Shown: piece by piece, positions 55,749 to 64,000 of the stretch
Layout of the letters: each line of letters opens with the position of its first letter
Position numbering within the stretch: the first letter of the stretch is position 1
From: a bacterium
GTDB taxonomy: Bacteria; JAAXHH01
Direction: 5' to 3'
Length of the DNA: 64,000 nt
Assembly (NCBI GenBank): GCA_965262815.1
Contig: OZ253560.1
Coordinates: 2,313,158-2,377,157, forward strand
Program-made: the position numbers and the translations under genes
The notes under the pieces: model-generated
Databases searched by the model: none
What the model was told of the DNA's origin: nothing
Seen by the model: only the letters and a program-made list of their open reading frames with translations

Positions 55749-56783
55749 CTAGGGGCTTTCCGTTGCATCCAGCGCCAGTTCGACCATCTGCACGAATCGC
55801 TCGTAAGACACCGCGCCATTTATCAACAGGCCGTTGACAAAGAACGATGGCGCCGCGTTTACACCGACCGCTATCGCGTCGTCCATGTCGTCCTGCACTT
55901 CCTGATAGTATTTGCCGGAGTCCAGGCAGGCGTTAAATGGACCGTCGTCCAGCCCCAGTTCCACGGCGTATCGCTTGAGGTGTTCGGTCCCCAGATCCGT
56001 CGTTGTAAACAGGCGGTCGTGGTAGGGCCAGAACGCCCCCTGCTCATTGGCGCACTGGGCCGCTTCAGCGGCCTTCTGGGCCTCCGGATGAATCCGTCGC
56101 AGTGGGAAATCGCGATAGACTAGTTTCAGTTTACCTTCGTAGGTGGACATGAGCCGATTCAATACGGACTGCACGCGGCGGCAGTATGGACACTGAAAGT
56201 CAGAGAACTCGATCAACGTAACGGGGGCGTTGACGGAACCCTTGTAAGGGTCGTCGTCGGCACTGACTTCGACACGGGGCGGTTTCAAGTAGATACGGAC
56301 GTCGTAGCGCTCGCGCAACTCGCGTGCAAACGCTTCGCGTCGATTACGTTCCGCCTGCTGCGTCAACAGCGCGGTAAGCCGTCCTTCCATTACCTCGAAG
56401 GACTGCGACATTCGATCCCTGTTCTTGTCATAGAAACTTCGGACCTTATCCGGTCCCACAGACTCCAGCTTCTCCATGATTTCTACACGTTCCAATTCTA
56501 CCCTGCTCAATCCCCGCGAAACTGCTTCCAGGTCGTACAGACGGCTGGTAACCATGGCATCCAGCTGGATCCTCATGGCCTCGTACCGTTCTAAATCCAA
56601 CTGAAGAAGCTGGCCACGCATGGCGGTTTGGAGTGTTTCGGCTGTTATGGGCTGACCTTGCACCGTCGCGACTACATCGGTCTGAGCCGTGACCGTGGTT
56701 GGATAGCATAACAACTGGAGAGTCAAGGCGCAGGACACCAGCGTCAGCCAACTGGAAGCGTATGTAGATCTAGGTAACTTCAT
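55749..56783 (-). CDS. DsbA-family thiol:disulfide oxidoreductase with signal peptide and long N-terminal helical region
   Basis: The track ORF extends to 56993. ATG 56783 gives a signal peptide MKLPRSTYASSWLTLVSCALTLQ.... Thioredoxin motif FSDFQCPYCRR. Confidence 0.8.
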   Translation of the reverse strand: MKLPRSTYASSWLTLVSCALTLQLLCYPTTVTAQTDVVATVQGQPITAETLQTAMRGQLLQLDLERYEAMRIQLDAMVTSRLYDLEAVSRGLSRVELERVEIMEKLESVGPDKVRSFYDKNRDRMSQSFEVMEGRLTALLTQQAERNRREAFARELRERYDVRIYLKPPRVEVSADDDPYKGSVNAPVTLIEFSDFQCPYCRRVQSVLNRLMSTYEGKLKLVYRDFPLRRIHPEAQKAAEAAQCANEQGAFWPYHDRLFTTTDLGTEHLKRYAVELGLDDGPFNACLDSGKYYQEVQDDMDDAIAVGVNAAPSFFVNGLLINGAVSYERFVQMVELALDATESP

Positions 56784-56971
56784 GGCGGGTATAACCTTAC
56801 ACCAATGTGTATGGAATGTCAAGGCGATTCGGGCTCCCAGGCCGACGCTTCTTATTGGCCATTGTTCGATATCGGGAAAACCAGGGTTTGGCAGCACATC
56901 CGCAGGCGCCATTGGGATACTATGAAACATACGATTACTCACCTTCCGATTAGTACTAAACAAAAAAATAC

Positions 56972-57000
56972 TTGACGAGTGTATACGCATCAATTATGTA
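56972..57000 (+). promoter_or_regulatory. Candidate sigma70 promoter for the giant surface-protein gene
   Basis: An A-tract is followed by TTGACG-N17-TATGTA, about 100 nt upstream of ATG 57097. Confidence 0.4.
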
Positions 57001-57096
57001 GTAAACAGACAATGCGTAAGTTGTCAAAGAAAGTCGAGGGTTACGAGAGCTTTGAGGACATACTGGAAAGTCTAAATATCCTACTTGAGGTGCGCT

Positions 57097-60000
57097 ATGA
57101 ATCTGGACTGGCGAAGTATGAGAAGTGCCGCCCAAGTCGTCGTTTTCGGATTCCTGAATTCCGTACTCGGTACGGCCAGGCGCTGTTGGCTTGGGGCGGA
57201 GACTGTATTGCCGTCATTACGGGTGAAACTGATCCCACTTTTCCTGCTGAGCAGTTTTCTCGTAGCACTTCTGCTTCAGGCCTACATTCCATCTTCCGCC
57301 CAGAATGATCCTGGTCAGGCCGGAAATACCAATTTATCGTCTACACTCTCGCGCGCGTTCCTTTACGGCGATAACGACTCACCCCTTGTCGAGTCCGCCA
57401 GTAACAGGATATTCACGCCGGAGAACTCGATTAAGACTGATCGATCATGGCTCGATGTATGTGAACGCACGGCGCAGGTTCGCGACGTCATCGTCGGCAG
57501 CGTAGAAGGAATCGACGACTGTTCCGGCCTGACCGTGGCTCATCTCTCCAAAATCACTTCCATTGACTTGTCGGGACAGGGGATTAAGAGTTTCAAGGCC
57601 GGAGATTTTTCCGGTTTAAGCGCGTTGAAGTTGCTTAAACTTGGGGATAACCAGCTGACCGGTATCCCTGAAGGCCTGTTCGACGACCTTCCCGCACTGC
57701 AATACCTCTATTTAAACAAGAACGGACTGACTGAACTGCATGGTGACCTGTTCAAAGGCCTCTCCAGACTGGAGATACTATACCTATATGATAATTCCCT
57801 TGCAGCATTGCCTCCGGACCTCTTTGAAGATCTGACATCACTCAAGCAGTTGAACCTGACCGACAACAACCTGGAAACTTTACCGGATGACGTGTTCAAT
57901 CCCTTGGTCAAGCTGGAGATCCTTCGTCTCGGCTGGAACGAATTAACCATCCTACCCGATCAACTGTTCGAGCGTCTCACCAATCTGAAATACTTGAACG
58001 TAATCGGCAATCCGGGTTTAGGTGGATCCAACAAGATGGAGTATGCCGGCAGTGACCGATCCTCGGCCCCAGGGGAGAAAGTCGCCGACCGTGAATCAGG
58101 CAGCAAACCAGCACAGGAAACCAGTGTATCTTTCGCATTGGCCGAGATGGACGCTTTCGAAACACCAGGCTCGCCATTCGAATTTACACCTGCCGCTACA
58201 CCTGCCGAAACCGATATCGACAGGATGATGGTCGACGACGTAGCTGCGGATCAGACCAACGACGTAGCTGCGGATCAGACTGACGCCAACCTTACTGCCC
58301 TATCCCTGAGCTATGGCGGCACCCGTATTCCATTCATCAGACCGTTCACGTCAGAAAGAACATCCTACAGGGCCTGGGTACCTTCTACTGTGGACATCGT
58401 GACCTTGGAAGCCGAACCAAGTGATTCCAGTGCGGCGCTTCTGTACATCCCGTCCGATGTGGACGCCAATCCGGATAACGGGCACCAGGTTATGCTCGGA
58501 GAAAAAGACGTCACGATCATCTCGGTGACGGTCACGGCAGCAGACGGTAAAACCCTGCGCACGTACATGGCAGCCGCGCTCCGTCAAGGACCGATGATCT
58601 GCTGGCCCATATACGGCTCTTCAGCGGCGGTCGCGGTAGCTGCGGCCAGTGCATTCCTGGGTGACGATGAGACCACCAACATCGATCCGAGATTTGGTTC
58701 CGCCACAATATCTCGTTCACTTGCCGAAAACGTGGGAGACGCGACGACAGCCGTGGCAGAGCACATCGGTAATCCATACACGGCGATGGATACTGATGGC
58801 GATGATCTGACTTACAGTCTTGCAGGGTCGGCCGCTGCCATGTTCGACGTTGAATCGGGTACTGGTCAGATTATGTCGATAGCGGGAGTCAACTACGATC
58901 ACGAAACGCAGCCCAGCCATTCGGTAACCGTGACAGCCAGCGATGGCAAGGGCGGTAGCGACACCATCGGTGTTATAATCCATGTAGCGGATGTGAATGA
59001 ACCACCCTTGGCGCCAGGGCAAGCTGTTGTGTCCTCCGTACCGGGAAGCATCACCAGCTTGTCTGTGAGCTGGTCGGCGCCGTCCAATACCGGCCGGCCG
59101 GACATCCAGAGCTACAACCTCCAGTACAGGGAAGGCAACAATGGAGACTGGTCCAACGGTCCGCGGAACGTCACTGGTACGAGCACGACCATTTCCGGTC
59201 TCAGTGAAGACACTTCCTACCAGGCGCAGGTGATGGCCACCAACGCCGAGGGAGATGGTCCCTGGTCGTCCCCGGGCACCGGGCGGACCAATAGGAACAG
59301 CCCACCCGAGTTCGCCGACGCCACCACGACCCGCAGCCTAACGGAAAATATCGGCGACGCAATTACGACTTCCGCGGAGAACCTGGGCGCCGCCATTTCT
59401 GCGACCGATGATGACAACGACACACTGACTTACAGCATAGAAGGTTCGGACGCCGCCTCATTCACCATCGGTGCCAGTTCCGGGCAGCTCAAGACAAAGG
59501 TGGGGGTAAACTACAGTCACGAGGTCACGCCCACCCTGTCGGCAATGGTGAGGGTCAGCGACGGTCGCGGTGCCACTGACACTATCGATGTAACCATCAC
59601 CGTGAACGATGTGAACGAACCACCCCTGGCACCCGGACAACCGGTTGTGTCAGCCGTTTCAGGAAGTAAAACCAGCTTGTCGGTGAACTGGGCGCCGCCG
59701 TCCAACACCGGCCGGCCAACCATCCAGAGCTACAATCTCCAGTACAGGGAAGGCAATAGTGGAGACTGGTCCAACGGCCCACAGAACGTCACCGGTACGG
59801 TCTCGACCATTTCTGGTCTCAGCGAAGACACTTTATACCAGGTGCAAGTGATGGCCTCCAACGCAGAGGGAGATGGGCCCTGGTCGTCCCCGGGCATCGG
59901 GCGGACCAATAGGAACAGCTCGCCGGAGTTCGCCGACACCACCGCAACGCGCAACCTGACGGAAAACACCGGCGACGCTACTACTACCACCGCGGAGAAC

Positions 60001-63000
60001 CTGGGCAGCGCTATCATAGCGACAGATGCTGATGATGACATGCTGCAGTACAGTTTAGATGGTGGGGATGTATCTCTCATTGACATCAATACCGGTTCAG
60101 GGCAACTCATGTCCAAGGTCGGAGTCAACTACAGCCACGAGACCACACCCACCCTGTCGGTGATCGTGAGGGCCAGCGACGGCAATGGCGGAAGCGATAC
60201 CATACCGGTTACTATAAACGTCATAGACATAGACGAGCCGCCGCTGGCGCCGACTGCACCCGCGATCACCCCGATGCACGATAGCATGACAAGCCTTTCG
60301 GTGACATGGTCGCCGCCATACAATATGGGCCGGCCGGTCATTGAAAGTTACGACTTGCGGTACCGAAACGGTGTTGATACGGATTGGTCCGATGGACCAC
60401 AGGACCAGGACGGCACGAGTACAGTCCTCTACAGCCTGTCGTCGGATTCCGACTACATGGTACAGGTAAGAGCAACCAATGATGAAGGCGACGGTGAATG
60501 GTCCGAGTTGAACAAGGGTAGGACCAACAACATTCCGCAGAACACCAACACCCCGGTGAAAAACAACAATGCCCCTGAGTTCGCAGCTACCACCGCGTCA
60601 CGCAGTCTGACCGAAAACGTGGGAAGCGCCACCACAACTACCGCAGAGAATCTGGGTGCCGCTTTCGAGGCTACCGACGAGGACAGTACAGACACGCTGG
60701 CCTACAGCATTGAGGGACCTAACGCTTCGTCGTTCAGCATAGATTCCGGTTCAGGACAACTCAAGACCAAGGTTGGGGTAAACTACAGTCACGAAGCCAC
60801 ACCTACCCTGTCGGTGACCGTACGGGCCAGGGACAGTCGCGGCGGCAACGACACCATTGCAGTGACTGTTACCGTCAACGACGTCGACGAACCGCCCCTG
60901 GCGCCGGCTGCGCCGACGGTCTCCGCCGTCTCCGGAAGTACCACCGACCTCTCTGTCAGTTGGAACCCACCTGCAAATTCAGGTAGGCCATCTATCGATA
61001 GCTACGACCTGCAGTACCGGCCGGGCACGAGTGGTATCTGGTTAGACGGTACCCAGAACGTCAACGGCACCAGTTCCACTATCGCAAGCCTTGAGCCCGA
61101 TTCGCTATACCAAGTAACGGTCCGGGCGACAAATGCCGAGGGCGACAGTCCGTATTCTTCACCCGGCAGCGGCCGGACCAATGCGGAGAGCGTTAATAAC
61201 CTGCTGAACAACGAACCGGAATTCGACGCTACTTCAGCCTCTCGCGACGTAGATGAAAACGAGGGTGACGCCACCACGAGTTCGTCCGTTAACCTTGGCA
61301 ATCCATTCACGGCCACAGATGAGGACAGTACGGACACGATGTCCTACAGTATCGAGGGGACGAATGCTTCTTCGTTCGACATCGATTCAGACTCCGGTCA
61401 ACTCAAGACCAAGGTAGGGGTCAATTACGATCACGAGGCGACACCCACCCTGTCGGTGACCGTGAGGGCCAGTGACGATAATGGTGGCAGCGACACCATC
61501 GTCGTGACTGTCACCGTCGAAGATGTCAACGAACCGCCCCTCGCACCGGGACAACCGGTAGTGTCCGCCGTATCGGGAAGCATCACCAGCCTGTCGGTGA
61601 GCTGGTCGGCGCCGTCAAATACCGGCCGACCGGCCATCCAGAGCTACGATCTTCAATACCTGGAAGACGACAGTGAAGACTGGTCAAACGGTCCGCAGAA
61701 CGTCCCAGGTACCAGTACGAGCACGACCATTTCCAGCCTCAAAGCCGACACGCCCTACCAGGTGCAGGTTTTGGCCACAAACGCCGAGGGCTCTGGGCCC
61801 TATTCGTCGCCTGGCAGTGGACAAACCAATGCGCCGAGCAACAGCGGGCCGGAGTTTGCAGGCGCCACCGCGACGCGCAGCCTTGACGAGAACATCGGCA
61901 GCGCCACCACTGCTTCAGCGGAGAACCTGGGCGCTGCTTTCACGGCAACCAATACGGATGGTGATACCCTGTCTTTCAGCCTTGAAGGCCCGGATGCGTC
62001 CTCGTTCGACATCGATCCAGATTCAGGTCAACTCAAGACCAGGGTAGGGGTCAACTATGATCACGAGACTACGCCCACCCTGTCCGTGACCGTGAAGGTC
62101 AGCGACGGAAACGACGGCAGCGATACCATCGACGTGACCGTCACCGTGAACGATGTTGATGAAAAACCCCTGGCGCCCACGGTGAGTTCGGTCACAGTCA
62201 CCGAAACAAGCCTGTTTGTGGAATGGACCGCGCCGTCCAATACAGGACGCCCCGCAATCCTGAGCTACGACCTGCAATACCGGGAGGGCACCAGTGGGCC
62301 CTGGATAAACGGTCCGCAGGATAGGACCGGCATGAGTGCGCCTGTCACAGGACTATCCCCCAGCACTTCCTACCAGGTGCACGTACGGGCTTCGAACGAC
62401 GAAGGCGATGGGCTGTATTCGAACCCGCCAAGCAGTGGACAGACCCGAAATCCGCCACCGCCTAATTGTTTGGCAGGGGACGAGGGTGAATTCCGTCTCG
62501 TGAATGGCAGTACACCCAACGAAGGCCGATTGGAAGTCTGCCACGATCTTAAGTGGGGCACGATCTGCGACGACTACTGGACCACCGACGATGCGACTGT
62601 CGTATGTCGCGAGCACCTCGGCTATCCAGCAGGTGCGATGTCGGGTGGTGGGAAATTCCTCGGCGCGAGAAATGGACCTTATTTTGGAGCGGCCGCCAGC
62701 GATGTCCCGATCTGGCTGGACGACCTTTTATGTGATGGCAACGAGGATAGCCTGCTTGACTGCGAAGTAGCTAGAGGCGGGCTCGCCAGTGAAAACTGGG
62801 GCCTGCACAACTGCAAGCATTCCGAGGACGTGGGCTTACGCTGTCTCACCGAAAGTGGGCGGGTGACGGTACAGGATGAATCGTTGACTCCGGCACTGAG
62901 CGTAGAGGACGCACAGGCGACCGAGGGTGGAAGTCTATCCTTCCGCGTGTCGCTAACGCCGACGTCGGACGAAGAAGTAACAGTGAGTTACGCCACATCG

Positions 63001-64000
63001 GATGTCACGGCTAGCGCGGATCAGGACTACACCCCGGTCAGTCACTCGCTTTCCTTCATGCCGGGGGATACCGCGAAGATAGTCGAGGTGGCCGTACTTG
63101 AAGACGCAATAGACGAAGGAAAGGAAACACTCACCCTCAGGCTTTCGAATGCGGAAGGCGCACACCTCGAGGATGAAGTAGCAACCGGCACCATCGAGAA
63201 CAACAACGCCATGGCGCTGGCCTGGACCACGCGCTTCGGCCGCACGGTTGCAAGCCAGGTGGTGGAAGCGGCGAGCGCACGGATGGATGTGAGCGGAGAT
63301 CCCTATTTGACCGTTGGGAATATGCAGTTGGGCGGAATGGGATCGATAGGTAAGTCGAACCCGTCCTCCCTGCCATGGATCGCAAGTGAAAGGAATGCGA
63401 AGCACAGGGGCGGCCCCGATGCCTTGCACTCGCAACAAGTTCTATCAGGAAGTGGCTTCTACTTTTCATCCGAGGGAACCAGAACCGGGTTGCCCGGTTT
63501 CGCCGCATGGGGCCGTGTGTCAACCGGCGGTTTCGAAGCCGAGATCGACAATGCCCTGATGGACGGGAGGACAACGACCGGGATGATGGGACTGGATGCT
63601 TCCTGGAACCGTTTGACAGCCGGTGTGCTTGTTTCACGAAGCTATGGAAAGGGATCTTACTCGCTGAACCGGGACTCCAACGAAGATGACAACGAAGTGG
63701 AAAGTACCCTGACGGGCTTCTACCCATCCGCCTGGCTGAAGTTGAACCAACGCGTGTCGCTGTGGGGACTGGTTGGGGTCGGAATCGGCGACATGACGCT
63801 CCGGCAACAGGGCGAAACCCAGGTAGAGACCGATCTGGACATGCGCATGGGCGCATTCGGAATCAAGGGCAGGTTAATCGGTGGTGGAATATCGAGTGGA
63901 CTGGCCCTGGCCGTGAAATCTGACGCCATGTGGGTGCGCACGACAGCCGAAGCCACAGCCGCACTGGCTGAAGTCCAGGGAGATGTCACCCGGGTACGCC
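57097..64000 (+). CDS. Giant secreted adhesin-like protein, autotransporter (type Va)-like, 3' end beyond the window. Architecture: LRR, cadherin-like beta-sandwich, 6x(cadherin+FN3), SRCR, Calx-beta, beta-barrel start.
   Basis: Not in the supplied track. The + frame containing 57097 has its last stop at 57073-57075 and is open to the window edge; I checked it codon by codon over most of its length. ATG 57097 follows GAGGTG. Alternative starts are ATG 57118 and GTG 57223. Confidence 0.9.
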   Translation, partial: MNLDWRSMRSAAQVVVFGFLNSVLGTARRCWLGAETVLPSLRVKLIPLFLLSSFLVALLLQAYIPSSAQNDPGQAGNTNLSSTLSRAFLYGDNDSPLVESASNRIFTPENSIKTDRSWLDVCERTAQVRDVIVGSVEGIDDCSGLTVAHLSKITSIDLSGQGIKSFKAGDFSGLSALKLLKLGDNQLTGIPEGLFDDLPALQYLYLNKNGLTELHGDLFKGLSRLEILYLYDNSLAALPPDLFEDLTSLKQLNLTDNNLETLPDDVFNPLVKLEILRLGWNELTILPDQLFERLTNLKYLNVIGNPGLGGSNKMEYAGSDRSSAPGEKVADRESGSKPAQETSVSFALAEMDAFETPGSPFEFTPAATPAETDIDRMMVDDVAADQTNDVAADQTDANLTALSLSYGGTRIPFIRPFTSERTSYRAWVPSTVDIVTLEAEPSDSSAALLYIPSDVDANPDNGHQVMLGEKDVTIISVTVTAADGKTLRTYMAAALRQGPMICWPIYGSSAAVAVAAASAFLGDDETTNIDPRFGSATISRSLAENVGDATTAVAEHIGNPYTAMDTDGDDLTYSLAGSAAAMFDVESGTGQIMSIAGVNYDHETQPSHSVTVTASDGKGGSDTIGVIIHVADVNEPPLAPGQAVVSSVPGSITSLSVSWSAPSNTGRPDIQSYNLQYREGNNGDWSNGPRNVTGTSTTISGLSEDTSYQAQVMATNAEGDGPWSSPGTGRTNRNSPPEFADATTTRSLTENIGDAITTSAENLGAAISATDDDNDTLTYSIEGSDAASFTIGASSGQLKTKVGVNYSHEVTPTLSAMVRVSDGRGATDTIDVTITVNDVNEPPLAPGQPVVSAVSGSKTSLSVNWAPPSNTGRPTIQSYNLQYREGNSGDWSNGPQNVTGTVSTISGLSEDTLYQVQVMASNAEGDGPWSSPGIGRTNRNSSPEFADTTATRNLTENTGDATTTTAENLGSAIIATDADDDMLQYSLDGGDVSLIDINTGSGQLMSKVGVNYSHETTPTLSVIVRASDGNGGSDTIPVTINVIDIDEPPLAPTAPAITPMHDSMTSLSVTWSPPYNMGRPVIESYDLRYRNGVDTDWSDGPQDQDGTSTVLYSLSSDSDYMVQVRATNDEGDGEWSELNKGRTNNIPQNTNTPVKNNNAPEFAATTASRSLTENVGSATTTTAENLGAAFEATDEDSTDTLAYSIEGPNASSFSIDSGSGQLKTKVGVNYSHEATPTLSVTVRARDSRGGNDTIAVTVTVNDVDEPPLAPAAPTVSAVSGSTTDLSVSWNPPANSGRPSIDSYDLQYRPGTSGIWLDGTQNVNGTSSTIASLEPDSLYQVTVRATNAEGDSPYSSPGSGRTNAESVNNLLNNEPEFDATSASRDVDENEGDATTSSSVNLGNPFTATDEDSTDTMSYSIEGTNASSFDIDSDSGQLKTKVGVNYDHEATPTLSVTVRASDDNGGSDTIVVTVTVEDVNEPPLAPGQPVVSAVSGSITSLSVSWSAPSNTGRPAIQSYDLQYLEDDSEDWSNGPQNVPGTSTSTTISSLKADTPYQVQVLATNAEGSGPYSSPGSGQTNAPSNSGPEFAGATATRSLDENIGSATTASAENLGAAFTATNTDGDTLSFSLEGPDASSFDIDPDSGQLKTRVGVNYDHETTPTLSVTVKVSDGNDGSDTIDVTVTVNDVDEKPLAPTVSSVTVTETSLFVEWTAPSNTGRPAILSYDLQYREGTSGPWINGPQDRTGMSAPVTGLSPSTSYQVHVRASNDEGDGLYSNPPSSGQTRNPPPPNCLAGDEGEFRLVNGSTPNEGRLEVCHDLKWGTICDDYWTTDDATVVCREHLGYPAGAMSGGGKFLGARNGPYFGAAASDVPIWLDDLLCDGNEDSLLDCEVARGGLASENWGLHNCKHSEDVGLRCLTESGRVTVQDESLTPALSVEDAQATEGGSLSFRVSLTPTSDEEVTVSYATSDVTASADQDYTPVSHSLSFMPGDTAKIVEVAVLEDAIDEGKETLTLRLSNAEGAHLEDEVATGTIENNNAMALAWTTRFGRTVASQVVEAASARMDVSGDPYLTVGNMQLGGMGSIGKSNPSSLPWIASERNAKHRGGPDALHSQQVLSGSGFYFSSEGTRTGLPGFAAWGRVSTGGFEAEIDNALMDGRTTTGMMGLDASWNRLTAGVLVSRSYGKGSYSLNRDSNEDDNEVESTLTGFYPSAWLKLNQRVSLWGLVGVGIGDMTLRQQGETQVETDLDMRMGAFGIKGRLIGGGISSGLALAVKSDAMWVRTTAEATAALAEVQGDVTRVR
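57541..58017 (+). other. Leucine-rich repeat region (about six 24-aa repeats) of the giant protein
   Basis: LSALKLLKLGDNQLTGIPEGLFDD / LPALQYLYLNKNGLTELHGDLFKG / LSRLEILYLYDNSLAALPPDLFED / LTSLKQLNLTDNNLETLPDDVFNP / LVKLEILRLGWNELTILPDQLFER. Confidence 0.85.
58288..58580 (+). other. Cadherin-like beta-sandwich-type domain of the giant protein
   Basis: NLTALSLSYGGTRIPFIRPFTSERTSYRAWVPSTVDIVTLEAEPSD...VTIISVTVTAADGKTLRTY. Confidence 0.6.
58687..62450 (+). repeat. Six tandem 618-651-nt coding modules, each a cadherin-like domain plus a fibronectin-III-like domain
   Basis: P-E/R-F module starts at 58687, 59305, 59923, 60574, 61216 and 61849. Each has ...D.D.D.L.YS...F.ID..SGQL...VNYDHE....L.V.V.D..GG.D...V.V.V.DV.EPP, then LAP....SLSVSW..P.N.GRP.I.SY.LQYR....W......T...I..L....Y.V.V.A.N.EG. 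Confidence 0.85.
62491..62844 (+). other. Scavenger receptor cysteine-rich (SRCR) domain of the giant protein
   Basis: FRLVNGSTPNEGRLEVCHDLKWGTICDDYWTTDDATVVCREHLGY...IWLDDLLCDGNEDSLLDC...WGLHNCKHSEDVGLRC follows the SRCR consensus almost position by position. Confidence 0.8.
62896..63204 (+). other. Calx-beta domain of the giant protein
   Basis: LSVEDAQATEGGSLSFRVSLTPTSDEEVTVSYATSDVTASADQDYTPVSHSLSFMPGDTAKIVEVAVLEDAIDEGKETLTLRLSN. Confidence 0.75.
63205..64000 (+). other. Start of an autotransporter-type outer-membrane beta-barrel (translocator) domain, truncated by the window
   Basis: AWTTRFGRTVASQVVEAASARM (linker helix type), then alternating-hydrophobic strands GFAAWGRVSTGGFEAE, TTGMMGLDASWNRLTAGVLVS, TLTGFYPSAWL, LWGLVGVGIGDMTL, LALAVKSDAMWVRT. 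Confidence 0.7.

Noticed and set aside
56979-57505. Track ORFs 56979..57308 (+) and 57305..57505 (+)
   Set aside because: They lie in the other two + frames relative to the giant ORF. The frame through 57097 gives a signal peptide and continues into LRRs, while these two have no motifs and end quickly.
63137-63856. 239-aa minus-strand ORF (and the many 60-160-aa minus ORFs between 57.7 and 63.5 kb)
   Set aside because: All are antisense to the giant + strand ORF, whose translation shows repeated, recognisable domains. The antisense products are Ser/Arg/Pro-rich.

Overview
GC-rich bacterial chromosomal segment. OmpA, an autotransporter and a LolD/FtsX-type ABC system point to a diderm envelope, and promoters look sigma70-like. 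I cannot assign a lineage from sequence alone. All family calls come from reading motifs in the translations by eye; no searches were run.

Gene content:
- 0.5-8.1 kb (minus strand): a tightly coupled sulfur-amino-acid operon (CymR-like Rrf2, cysteine synthase, MoaD/CysO-like carrier, thrB, CoA-transferase), then formimidoyltransferase, an RraA-like gene, OmpA, and a second small ThiS-like gene pair.
- 9.46-10.32 kb: an AT-rich non-coding island with two arrays of helically phased TTGTACAAT boxes.
- 10.3-30 kb (minus strand): housekeeping block with an enolase-superfamily gene, dut, M16 peptidase, pnp, rpsO, ribF, rbfA, DUF503, infB, ylxQ-like, nusA and rimP. After an interruption come tRNA-Arg, mtaB, rpsA, rluB-like, scpB, scpA and an HNH gene. 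The interruption is a small serine-recombinase-like element next to tRNA-Arg(CCG).
- 30-51.8 kb: mixed metabolism and transport. This includes mazG, sugar-acid/alcohol dehydrogenases, a frameshifted ferritin-like gene, GDPD, a YbbA/YbbP-like ABC system with a TesA-like esterase, SanA, and kynureninase-FeADH-GGT. It also includes TRAP DctQM, a DUF362-MDR-PhyH operon and an NCS2 permease.
- 52-57 kb: a translationally coupled HTTM-like membrane protein and AsnB pair, plus a DsbA-like oxidoreductase.
- 57.1 kb to the window edge: a giant + strand ORF (more than 2,300 codons) that is absent from the supplied ORF track because it has no stop in the window. It reads as an autotransporter whose passenger is LRR + cadherin-like + 6x(cadherin+FN3) + SRCR + Calx-beta.

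No rRNA, CRISPR array or transposase-type IS was seen.

Most noteworthy: (1) the giant adhesin and its neighbourhood, (2) the phased-box AT-rich island, (3) the nucleophile-less recombinase element at the tRNA, and (4) the sulfur-carrier gene arrangements.
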